From the NCBI GenBank assembly GCA_900088475.1, contig FLMG01001166.1, forward strand, positions 1-64,000: a stretch of 64,000 nt of DNA. The letters are read 5' to 3'. Positions 49,161 to 60,900 of the stretch are shown piece by piece. Made by a program: the position numbers and the translations under genes. Below the pieces are notes generated by a model. It made no database searches, was not told where the DNA came from, and worked only from the letters and a program-made list of their open reading frames with translations. Each line of letters starts with the position of its first letter. Position 1 is the first letter of the stretch. The DNA comes from Hyphochytrium catenoides (lineage: Eukaryota > Protista > Hyphochytriomycota).

Positions 49161-49660
49161 GGACTCTAAAAGTAATCTCTGCTTTTCCCATATTAGGGGA
49201 ATCCGGACTTCCCACAAACAGACACTTGACAAGAATAGAGAAACCCCACATCTATCAGCAGTTGAAGTGCGCTTGAAGTTACTTTCACCAATACTAATCA
49301 AGGCTTTGGCTGGCCAGGGTGCCACGCACTATTTTCACGTCCAAAATGTGCGCTATGTGATCTGATGCGGCGGTTGGCTTTTGCTCTAAAGTTACTTGAC
49401 GGGGAACTGACGGGACAGGGCGAGCTCAGCTCTTGAGCTCTGGGAGCAAGAGGTTGAGCTTCACGGAGATGGATTATAAACGATTGAGAAGAGAATTAAT
49501 CCTTGAACATGAGAGGAGATTGAGTTTCCAAAGCCGCAGATTTGAAGCAGCTGTCAAAAAGAGCTTCCTTTGTCTTGCCAGCAGACACGAAGGTCAAGGG
49601 TGAAAGGTGGGCCGGACAACCGCTCCTCAACTGGGGCAAGTGAGGCTTGCTGCAGTAAGG

Positions 49661-52600
49661 ATGCACAGCAGAAGACTCTTCCGTAGCGCGCAGGTTGTGA
49701 AGGCCTCTAGATCTGCAGGCCAAATTAGAACAAGACGCACACAGTGTGCGCCGCCTCTGAACATAGATGTCCCTCACACTCATGAGGTCTTCAATCAAGT
49801 CCCTCCTCTGTTTGGAGTTAATCACTTTGATAGTGACAAGGTATGGCTGCAAGGGCCAGGAATAAAGGGGCAGAGGCTTTGTACTCTTGACTATACATTC
49901 AGCCCAGTCCCCACTCACCCTTCTTTTCCTCAGTGCAAAGGTACCTGTTGCTGGCAGCTCAAGTCGTTTGATCCTACTCCCCTTTCATCTTTGTTGTCGC
50001 AGGCATTGCAAGAGGCCGTCCGAAACTTTGGCGGCCAGTGGGCTGAGAGTCATCTTCAGGACTTCGGGGCGTTGACAGGGACAGAGATGCTCTTCAACTT
50101 GGCACAACAAGCGAACAAGAACCGTCCACAATTGAAGACTCATGACAGGCTAGGGCACCGAATTGATGCTGTTGACTATCATCCGGCCTATCACGAGGTA
50201 TCGCTATGAGTTCTCAAGTCTGCACAGATCTCTCTCTACATCTGTCTGTTCTAGGTCCGGCTATATAGAGGACTTACTGTTGTTTCCTTGGCATGGATAT
50301 TTGCCTCAGATGTTACTGTCACTGCTAAGCCTTGAACGCTCCTGTGCGTTATACGCCTTGAACGTCCCTCTCTGTTAAGCTTCACCAATGCATATTCTTG
50401 TTAACCTTTTTCGCTGTAGTCAGCGACCATTTGATAGCTCCCGGTTCCTACTGACCCTAGAACCTGGCTTCTCTGAACTCCTTTCACTTGCCCTTTCTGT
50501 CTCTGCTCTCTTTCTAGCTTATGAAGACGGGCATCGAGTGGCAGCTCCCATCGTTTAGCTGGCGACATAAGGACACTCTTGGGGCCCAGGTGGCGCGGTC
50601 GGCTCTTCACTTTCTGTGGTGTCAGTTGGAGCAAGGCGTTTCTTGCCCTCTGACCATGACGTTTGCTGCAGTGCCAGCTTTGCAGCATCAGCCAGAGATA
50701 GCTAAAGCCTGGATTCCAAAGCTCTTGTCCGAGCAATATGACCACAGAGATTTGCCGATGGAGCAGAAGTCCGGCTGCACAGTTGGGATGTCAATGACGG
50801 TACGAAGCTACTCTCTCTCCAGTGAACCTGGTGATTCTTCTCTTTATGGGTGGTTTCCCATGCTACCCAATTTTCTTTGGACCTCGTGGCAGAGGCTTGA
50901 GAATTGAGGTTCTTTAGATGTAGACGCGTGGTCCAATCTGTAAGCTTGATGTTTTGATGTCAGCCGGAGGCAAGTAATCACTGCTCGGGCATGCTATTCT
51001 GGGTTAGAGCCCTTTAGAATCCTTGTTACATTCCGCTGTGCATCGGTTTTATCCCCTCTGGGTTGCAGTTGGACACCTCGGCTGCTCACATCCTTCCACT
51101 AACTTGTTGTGTGGATGACCCATCTATAGGAGAAGCAAGGGGGTTCTGATGTCCGAGCCAACACAACTAGCGCTAGGCCATACAATACAGAGCACCGAGG
51201 TCCAGGACAAGGCTATCTGTTGAGAGGGCACAAGTGGTTCACCTCAGCACCTATGTCGGATGGCTTCTTGACCCTAGCCCACACGGGCGAAGGAGGCAGC
51301 GTTTCATGCTTTTTGGTTCCTCGCTTTTTACCCGATGGTACGGCCGAAAACTTATCGTTTAGAAGAGAGCCTCTTTTACCATAGTGTACGTCTCTATAGA
51401 AAAGAGCCTCCTCCTCGGCACCGTCTTTGACTGTCATGGCCCTCCCCATGGCCTTTCCGTCTTAACCTCGCTTTCGCGTCTTATGAGTGCTGATTAGTAC
51501 CAATGTGCTCTAGGTACCCGGAACCGAGGGCTTAACTTTCAAAGACTCAAAGATAAGCTAGGAGATCATTCCAACGCTTCCAGTGAGGTAGAGTATAATA
51601 ATGCTTGGGGCGTCATGATAGGGAAGGAAGGTCGAGGTGTGAATACCATCATAGAAATGGTCTCGCATACTCGGCTAGACTGCGCCGTAGGTAAGGTATG
51701 CGGGAAGTGTTCCGTGTTATTTTCCCTGCCACCCCGCATCCTTCTACAAGTTGTCCACCGCCATCCACATGTCGTCCTTCACTATTCATTTATTTGCAGT
51801 CTACCAGGCTATAATTTCTCCTCGGCTCCTCCTCCCTGGCTATGTCCTGCGTTTTCTAATTTAAGGACCACATTCATTCTGTCCCTATCTACTGGTTATT
51901 CATAACCGCTTGCACTAATCGCCGATTTACCGCAATAGGGAGCGCGGGAATAATGCGTCAAGCTGTTGCGCAAGCCTCTCATCACGCCTCTCATCGCTCC
52001 GCTTTCGGTGCGAAGCTTCGAGAACATCCTCTCATGGCCAACGTCCTGGTTGACTTAGGGGTGGAGGTCGAGGCAGCCACGCTTCTGGCCATGAGAGTTG
52101 CCAAGAGCTTTGATGGTGAGTTACGTGTCAATGGTCCACTTAGGCCTATTCTGGTTGGTACAGTTGTTGGCTGATAGTAATCTTGTCGACACTCCGTCAT
52201 TCCTCTCGTTTCTCAGCTCTGCCATACAATTTCCTACCCCATCTGAACCATTTTCAGCGTCCCCTCGACGGTTAGGCGAACTTTGTGCACAGTGCAAATA
52301 GTGACCTAACCGCTATCTGCCCGCACGCTCGGCCCCCGTCTTTACGCTTTTAGATTCCATCCGAAGTCCTGAAGAAGCGCCTTTATGCCGCATTATCACT
52401 GCCATCGCAAAGTATTGGATCTGTAAGTTAACGCCATCAGTTGTTTACGAGGCCATGGAATGCCATGGAGGAAACGGATACGTGGAAGACTCCATTCTAC
52501 CTCGTCTTTACCGCCAAGCCCCGCTAAACTCTATTTGGGAAGGCTCTGGCAACGTCATTTGCTTAGATGTTCTAAGAACAATGAAGAAGTACCCAGGTAC

Positions 52601-53048
52601 GTCTAGCATCACCCTTCTCTGCTAGCTTTGTACCTATCTGACACTTGGCACGAGAGCTCGACGAAGCGGTGTTAAAAGTATTTGCTTTCCCTTCGTACTC
52701 CAATCTAGCTAACCATGGGACAAATCAGACGTAGGGGAGGCCTTGCTGAGGGAGATCAGCCACGCTAGGGGAACGGAACCGACGTTTGACTCGTATCTGG
52801 GAAACTTGCAGAGACTGTTGCAGGAATCTATAAAGGAGCCAGAGAGAAACGCCAGAAGAGTGGTTGATGCCCTCGCCCTTGCCCTCGAAGCCTCTCTCCT
52901 CTTGCGCTATGGCCATCCAGAGGTAGCACAGGCCTTCATTCGCTCCCGCCTTGGTGATAGCACCGGCTACCATTACGGCACGCTGCCCTCAGGAGTTAAT
53001 CTAAAGGCTCTGATAGAGAGACAAACTCCTCAAGGCCAACAGACGTGA
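49661..53048 (+). CDS. aidB: AidB-family acyl-CoA dehydrogenase with a likely mitochondrial presequence, 8 exons
   Basis: Motifs THEVFNQVPPL, DYHPAYHELM, CPLTMTFA, GMSMTEKQGGSDVRANTT, GHKWFTSAPMSD, RLKDKLGDHSNASSEVEY, EAMECHGGNGYVE, APLNSIWEGSGNVICLDVLR. The N-terminus is Arg/Ser-rich and lacks acidic residues. Confidence 0.92.
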
Positions 53049-53410
53049 AGGGAGGTGATCGCCCTCCTTTTTTGTAGAAGGCAATCTCTCTGCCTGTTTA
53101 TTTTCGCTCGGCTGCTGTGGAAATTCTTTGCTGCTTCGGGAAGGCAATCCCTATGACATATCTACCCATAATTACGGTTTGCCACCTTTGGCGCTTGAGT
53201 TCCCGGCAAGTCCGTCTTACGCGAGCATTAAATAGCGCTGGCCCTTTACTCCTAATTCCAGCGGGACACTTGAGTGGCAATGTGCGCTCAAGCTTTGGCC
53301 CACAAGTTCAAACCCTTAAGGACTCATGCAGACCTGTGACGGTCCCTAACCTATAAATAAATAAATGACTTTGCAATTGAGTCGTGGGAATAACCTAATG
53401 GTCCATAGCT

Positions 53411-55462
53411 TCAATTGGAGTTCTTATGACACCGATTGGCATAGTGGCCCTGCATAAACGAGAGAATGAGCTTTATCGTCTTCGGTTATAAGAAGGAAAA
53501 AATAGCCCTCAACGGCGAAAGCCAACACGGCATCTTGTAGGCAAAGCAGACAGAGCCCACACAGTGCTTACCGGCTCACCACAACGATAGCACACCACGG
53601 GACGTTGCGGATTGCTACCGTTCCACTTATCCCCACCATACGAGCCTCCGCCCCTGCCACTTCCTTGCGGCTCATAGTGCGACCTTTGGTAACAAGAGGT
53701 AGACTAATGGCCCGTGATCAATGTCAAACACAAAGCAGAAAGAGAAGACCAGTGGGGAGTTCAGGAATCGAAAGTATTATCAGTAAGTGGTCCGTTCTGC
53801 CATAACGCTCAACTATTCCTTACCCTGTGTCCTACACCGCCGCACAAGTGGCACACCACGCTGCTGGTTACCTTCTCCTGCTGATGGAAAGGTCATGAAG
53901 TGAGTTACTTTCGCTTTATTCTTACCGAAGAACCGAATGCTTGAAAGATCCTGTCTATCACGGCCATCAGCTCTGTAAAAGAAATGCGGACTTACCCCCG
54001 TCATCTCAAAGCGTGGGTGCACTAGCTCACAATCTTGGCCGTAAGGACAGAAGCCCTCAATGTAGCTCTGCCAAGGTGGAAAGCGTTAATTAGCCCAAGA
54101 CGAGGGGAAGAGAGATAGGCAGTTAAGAGTAGCAAGTAACAACAGCGACAGGAGGGGAGCTTCTCGCAAGAGAGGACGACTACTTCACTACTATGACCAA
54201 CGCCCTTCAGGCGCAGAGCGAAACTAAAAACGAATGGTAGATAGTAGAACTCCGTTCACAGAGCCACAACTCTCGGTGCACGAAAAGGCCCAGACGCACA
54301 ACTGAAAAAGGAAGTTCAACCAGGAATGGCTCGGTGCCACAATTTTGTCCTCCTAGTGGAAGGCGAAAGGATTGCGGGCCAATAGCGTCTCTCTGCTCAG
54401 TCTTCTCACGTATAGGGAGACTCATGAAAGCTCACCGGACATGCTTCTCTCTTAATGTGCTGCAGTCTACATCGGGGCCCATGCTTGCAAAATCCTCTTT
54501 TATACCAAGGGCACTCTTGGGCCTTCTGCTCCGGCTCTATGTGTCGGTAGAGGCAGTCCACGTTACTGCACTCGCCATATTTGGAAAAGAAGTAGCATTC
54601 GGGCATCTTTTCGAGGTCATACTCGTGCAGGTACTCACAAGACTCCCTAGAAGAAAGAGCCCAAAATGTCCGTGATGAGTAGATGCATTGAGCAGCAGTT
54701 ACAATGGGGTTTCAGTAAGAGAAGGGCCAAGCCGGGCAATAAGGAAAGGGTCTCAGCTAGAGAAGGACACATACGGGCAAGGAGGAGAGAGAGAGAGAGC
54801 AAGAGGGAAGGACAGCAAGAAAGGACAACAGAGACACATATTGAGAACTTCGACACTGCTACGAACACTAAAATTGAGGAGATGATGATGGCCAAGTCAG
54901 ATGGAAAAAGATTGAGAGAGATGAGGCCGAGATAAAGGGCGTGTGAGACGTAAGGACGTGAGGAGGACTCTAATCTCGTCAATGGATAAATCAAATAGAG
55001 CAAAGGGAAAAGCAAGAAGCGTACGTCTAGCTGCACATGCTTACCCTTTCTTGCATAGAGCTCGAAGAAAGTGCTTGCAGACAACCGACTTCTCTCCTCC
55101 CTTCGTGTGGCGATAAGGGCACTTTTCGCCTTTCGAACAATGGCCCTTCTGATAGAATCGACAGACCTAGAAAGTGGCAAACGAGGTGTGAGGACCGAAA
55201 GACTTGCCGTCGAAGGGCCAGTCCACTTACATTGCTACCGCGGATCCCATTGTTCCACTGCAATTTGCCAAGTGCAGCGACGAACAGAGAGAGGGGATCA
55301 GAAAATGTTTGTCGAGGAGCGCCAAGTGGAAGCAGAGGATGGTGTCAATATCTGCCAAAGCACAAGATGATAAGACGTTCAAGCGCTTCTCACATTGTCC
55401 GAAGGACCCAGGTCTTGCTCAATGTCAAACTGCAGCTCGAAGTCATCCTCGATATCCTCCAT
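53411..55462 (-). CDS. CPSF4: Cleavage and polyadenylation specificity factor 30 kDa subunit (CPSF30/Yth1), 8 exons
   Basis: Five CCCH fingers (e.g. [55 protein letters not shown]) followed by two CCHC knuckles ([28 protein letters not shown]). Confidence 0.95.
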
Positions 55463-57194
55463 CTTGAGGCAGAGAGCCTTCTCTAGCGTCTCTGCCCCTT
55501 GCGCACACCGACAATCTGCGACTTCAGCACATGCTGACTTATCCGCTGTTTGCTCTCCCTACGAGAATATGGGACGTCTAACCCTGGGATTCACGCTAAC
55601 ACCTCCTAGTAACTTAGGCAGACCTCTGTACCCATTCTCCCTCCATAGAACTCTACTCTGGCATATATTGCATCCACGTTGGCCTTCTGAGAATCTGTAC
55701 TGGATAGCTTCCCAGGATCGCCGCAAGCCTCACGTATCAAATGCACCTTCTATTGCACCTCTCCGCACTGGTTTCTGAGTAACACTACCCGGAGAATCAA
55801 AGAAGAGATTCGCATGAGACAGGTAGTCTGACAGAGGTCACGCATCCGACGGAGACACTGTGTGCAATAATGGTAAGAAGCCGATAGCGGAAGGCGAAGC
55901 GGTAACAATGGCAGAGCTTGACTTGGAAACTGTGTGTGTGCCAGTTATCCCAATTTCCGATCAGGATGCTAGTTTCGTAAGACGTGTGACCATTTTCATT
56001 TTAGCTTCGGTATTGAACGAGGCCCTCTCCTTCTTTTCTATTCCTTTTATCAAGAAGAGGTCATAATATTCGGGTTGCCCTTAATATTGGGAACTCCCAA
56101 ACAAGACCTGCATCAGAACTCAGAAGTGGCAGCTCCACGAAGGAGACAAGGAGCATGATCAAAAGAGACGCCGTTCGGGGCGAGCGGCAGGAGACAGTCT
56201 CCGGGTCTCCAAGCAGCTACAAGCAGTTGAGGCCGAACAGCCTCCTCTTATTAGCTGGTTAAGTTGAGCACAGCTAACGTTAACGCAGCCATAAGCTGGA
56301 GACCAAATCCTCTGTCCTACAATGCTGGACTCCGTCCCAGGAGACGCGTTCTGGGCAGAGTCAAGTAGAAAGTATAGCGCCCATTCCGACGTTTGCGGGC
56401 GGCGATTCTAGATGGATAGAGGACAGCAGAGAGATTAGTTGCCAACGTTGCTCAATAATCGACGAAGGAGATGTGGGTGAGGGCATTCTCTAGCCTGCCC
56501 AAGAAGACAAGTGTCCATCATTCAGGGCAAATAGATTTGCTAATTTAGCTGCTGATTGTATGTGATGCATATCACAGGGCGAGGCACGCCTCGCTAGCTC
56601 CTAATGGACAATCCCGCCGCCAAGGAATTGAGGCTTATTAGCCCTACTATTAGCTTCCTGTCAGCGAAGGTGCGAGCGTAAAGCTAAGACTGTTGTCGCC
56701 TGCTAGTTGCTCAAAGCTGTCGATAGGGGACTTTCAGAAGCAGGTGAAGGAAGGTAGTCCTTTATAATCCTACTTGTTGTGAAGAAGAGCCTCAAGTAGT
56801 GCCGCTGTGATAACAACGAGTGATGACTGACGAAGCTCCACGGTGAGAAGCCGTCACTACTAAGCCAAGTACTTAGTAGACCAACTCTGTCTCTGGAGGA
56901 AGCCGTGGAGAGATTGAGATTGAAAGAATCATGGAACTAATGCTGAATGCCGAGATACCGATTGCTGAGACTATACGTTGTCGACAAGAGGTTTGGAGCT
57001 CGCGAGGACTGTCCATGCACTCATTCCTCTAAAGAACCAAGCAGCTTCTGTTTCAACATGTAGATGGGAGTAGAACAGAATAAGAAGAGGCGCACAGTTT
57101 AACGGCTCATCTGCCGCCGCTTATCGCGGATCATGCTTAGCGCAAAAGTTAATGTATCATAAAGAGTGAGAGCTACCCTGCAGCGGCTCAATTT

Positions 57195-59435
57195 TCAGGA
57201 GGTCGTTGCCGGAGATATTCTCGCCGTGCTTGCCGCAGTCTTTCTAACCGACAAATCTGATGCCGATCGTTGGAAGCTGGTGGCGGGAAGAGTAGTCCGT
57301 ACAAAGCGATCGTAAGGTTGAAGGCACATTCTAAGTACTTCCTCCTCTGGCTTCTCAAAGATAGAAGTGAGAAGCGCTTCGCTCGCTTGATCCAGCTCTC
57401 CGTCATTCTGGCTCTTCAGTTCAGACTTAAAGCTCTTGAGGATTACCTCTCGCAGTTTTGACTCAATATTGATCTCAAAGGGTGCACCTGGTACAAAGCA
57501 GTTAGCTTTCTCAGACGGCAGCTGTTCTCAAAGCATCGTTTGTACGCCTTGATGGTTGGCTGACAAAAGAAGCTAGCTTTGAAAACAGGATGAAGCCGTG
57601 AGGATTGCTCACCTTCTACGATGTAGTCGCTAAGAATTGTCATTGCCTGTTTGAACTTCCTTCGCGAATTCTTCTCTGATCGGAAAGCTTGAACAGCGGT
57701 GTAGAAGAGAATATTTTCAACCTGAAGAAGCAAGCACGAGGGTCAGCAAACGACGGAAAAGTTGTGGTGGAGGCTCCATCGGGAACAGGTGCCGTGAAGA
57801 GCAAGCAGCAAACAAGAAGACCCCTTGCTTTTCTTGGTCAGCAACAAGAAGGCGCGGCCGGAAACGGAAAGACAGTCTTCGGTAGTGACGCTTCTAGCGA
57901 AAGGTTCGTACATCTAATCGTCGCCAATGATGAAAGGACCTAAGGGCGAAGGAAATAGAGAAGAGGAAAGCTACATAATAGAGACCCGAAGCGTGAAGAC
58001 TCACACAGAACTCTCCGATAAGATACTGCTTGAACTGTGCCACGACGTATTGCGACTGGAAAATGTTGCGAAGCTCCGCAGTGTTACTCACTCCCTAATA
58101 ACAGAGAGTACGGGATCGAGAGCGAGGGAAGGGAGGAGATCGATAAGCATCATGGAAGTGCTATCATTGGCATCCTAGACTCTTTGAACGGGTTACCTGA
58201 AAAGTTCCCGCCATCTTCTTTCCCTGACCGGACGAGGGTCCTCCACCGCCGGTGGAAGAAGCTTGTTGCTTCACCAATCGTTCGTCTGCAACTTCATCTT
58301 CATCGCCCTTAAAGCTAATCATGATTGGCACTAAACACCCATACCAAAGATATGACAGTGCAGCGCATGCATACGCAACTTGCCCCATTCCAAAAGCACT
58401 TTGGCGTACACTACCGTTTAGTCCTCCTGCGACAGTAGCCATCGCGTTCAATGGCGTCCCCACTGCAAACCAGTATAGAATCTTCTTCCAATTGCGCTTG
58501 AGATTAAAGGCATCTTTGATGTTTCTCATCAGATAAGCGAAGATGAGGTTTAGAAGGATGATGGTCCACCAGAAGAATGACATAATGATTGCCTTCAGAG
58601 TAGAAGGTTGCCAAGTCAGTGACGAATGTGAAAAGGTAAACGTGCTAGTAGGACGTGAAGGCTGGCTCATGCATTGCTCACCTCAGCGTTTGTTCTCTCG
58701 AGACACGGATAAACAGCGACGACGCTGGTGGTTCCATATCACAAACTACTTCCATCTCCTTCTTCGTCAGGCGACAGAGGAGATGAGGATGACTCCACCT
58801 CTTTGAACACAATGTGGTTCACTGGCTCTGAGATCACCTCTCGGTGGCTGACGAGCTGCAGGATTGGCTGACTGGATAGAATCACACCGATGCCCACCAA
58901 AATCAGCTTGAGCACCTTGTCACTCACCAGGCTGGAGTGCATCGTAAAGATATCACGGGAGCCCTGGGACATGCTTCGCTGCACATTGAACATGTACCAG
59001 TTGCGAAAGAACTGAAGCATTGTTGCCGTAAAGAATGGGTAGACATCTATTGAAGAGACCAGCAGCAGAGGAGAATGCGGGACACGTCAGACGTCACGCA
59101 ATGATAGTTGTTCAGAGGAAACAGGCACTAGGCGACACATTACCGAAGAAGGATATGATATAATGGAGGCCGCAAGACGGTGGGGTCTCTGATATCATCG
59201 TGTGGATGAGGTTTATAATGTAAAGTGATGCTCCTATCTGTGTCGTGAGTGTTAGGAAGACTGGAGTCGAGTTTATCGGGAACTTGGTCCTTCTTCTCCA
59301 AAGCAAGAAGGAAAGGCATGGTATGGCTAAGGAGCTGATGACCAGGATAACGACAGAGACCGTCTGCCATAGCGTCCCGGCGACACTAATGAAGTTATTG
59401 CGAGAGGAAGAGCTTTCTTCCTCCAGCGAGTCCAT
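57195..59435 (-). CDS. 7TM-RGS protein (seven TM helices + RGS GAP domain), with one in-frame TGA at 58741-58739
   Basis: Exons 59435-59144, 59046-58682, 58592-58197, 58094-58005, 57721-57613 and 57487-57195. Seven hydrophobic segments and the loop RNIKDAFNLKR. RGS domain FKQYLIGEFCVENILFY..DYIVEGAPFEINI..IFEKPEEEVLRM..YDRF. Confidence 0.85.
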
Positions 59436-60798
59436 GTCCTGTCTTTGGAAGCGGCACCGTCCCCAGAGCCTTCTTCGTGACCTTGTCCGCGCTCAAGACG
59501 TTCTCTGCCCGTAAGCACACCCTAATATCTTCAGATTCGTCTTCTCTCTTGTGCAGGACAACAGCTTATTATGCCAAGAGTTAGAAGAAGCTTACACTGT
59601 GAAAGAAGGAAGGTAGCGGGCAGCGAAGCGGGTGCGGTGGCAGCTTTGCAATTGGCAGTGAACCAGTCAAGATCAATTACACCTCGCTTCTTCTTCAGCT
59701 CACACTAGTTCGGTCCTCTATTGCTTTGCGACGCAGGGGCTCATGACGGCATTACTAATACTTGTCTAACGATTGCACTGCTACCTCTTCATGTACAGGG
59801 TATCTGTTTATTATTACCTTTGAAAGAGGACATATGTTGGTTTGTCGTTCTGCAGCAGTCCCTAGTCAACAAGTAGAAAGGACATGGTGGATGCAAGGGA
59901 AGGGCATCTGTGCATGCGTCGTCCCAGTGCTTATGAGCTGTTGCACCAATGTCTTCTATCTCAGAAGGCCGAACGGGTGGGCCAAAAATGAAGAACGAGG
60001 AGGCTGCTAAACGAAGACGTCTGCCGGTAAGAGAGCACTCGGTCTTGGACTTAACTTCCCAGGACCGGCAGGGTTGAGAACTCAGCGGCAGTCACACCAG
60101 CAGGGAGGTATGTTGAGGTTTAAAGGGAGCAGGCGACAAACCTCTTCTCTTTAGAAAGGTTGTTCATGTCAACGAAGCTGCTTGAGCACACTGAGAACTA
60201 CTTATCAACTCTTCGAATAGATCCTAGATCCCAAAGACAACCAGTTCCTTCCTCTCTCCTTCTATCTTCTTCTTCCTCTGTTCGCACAGCGAAGCATCGT
60301 CCGGTCGTTACTGCCTGGCTGGAGGGTGCAAAGCCCCTACATGCTTTCCCATGTGCTCATTCTGATGCGTGATGTCGTGACCCTTGCAACACTTCCGCCA
60401 TCGTCATCGTAGAGGTGCCTGAGTATCATGAGGAGGAGGAAGAGGGAGGAGAGACAGCAGGCGGGTTGCTGTGATGCTTGTCAGTAAAATAAATGCTGGG
60501 CTTTGACTCGCGGGCTGTTCCTCTAAGGTTATATTCCTAGGATAGGATAGCTTTATATATAGGGCGGAACCACTAAATGAATTCGTCCAAAAATAGACAG
60601 AGTCTGCGTTTTCAAGGTATTAGCTATGGCATCTGTAGTTCTCGAGGTGGTCCAGGGTGGGTCATGGGACCTCCCTAAAGGAGGGACCTCCCTATGAAAC
60701 TCCCCACATAGTACAACTCGTTTTACAAGGGGGAACCAACCTTTGTCGTTGCTGTTCCTGTTCGTAGTGGATGGGCGTGCACGTATGTACGTGTAGTT

Positions 60799-60900
60799 TG
60801 TGTGTATGGTACTTGTAGGGTTAGGGTTAGGGGTTACGCTTCTGAAAGAGATGGCGCTACTATTACGCGGGCAGTCCGGGGACTGTGTGTATGGTACTTG
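60799..60900. repeat. Interstitial telomere-like (TTAGGG) x~3 between two 17-bp direct repeats
   Basis: TAGGGTTAGGGTTAGGGGTTA at 60816-60836 directly follows TGTGTGTATGGTACTTG (60799-60815), which recurs at 60884-60900. Confidence 0.7.

Noticed and set aside
717-58741. Genome-wide stop-codon reassignment (TGA/TAG as sense), suggested by in-frame stops at 717, 1087, 14544 and 58739
   Set aside because: TGA terminates CHMP1, UBA5, AidB and CPSF4, and TAG terminates ASS1 and the MDR gene, at the expected C-termini. Conserved Trp codons are TGG and seven conserved genes have no internal stop. Local decay or error is simpler.
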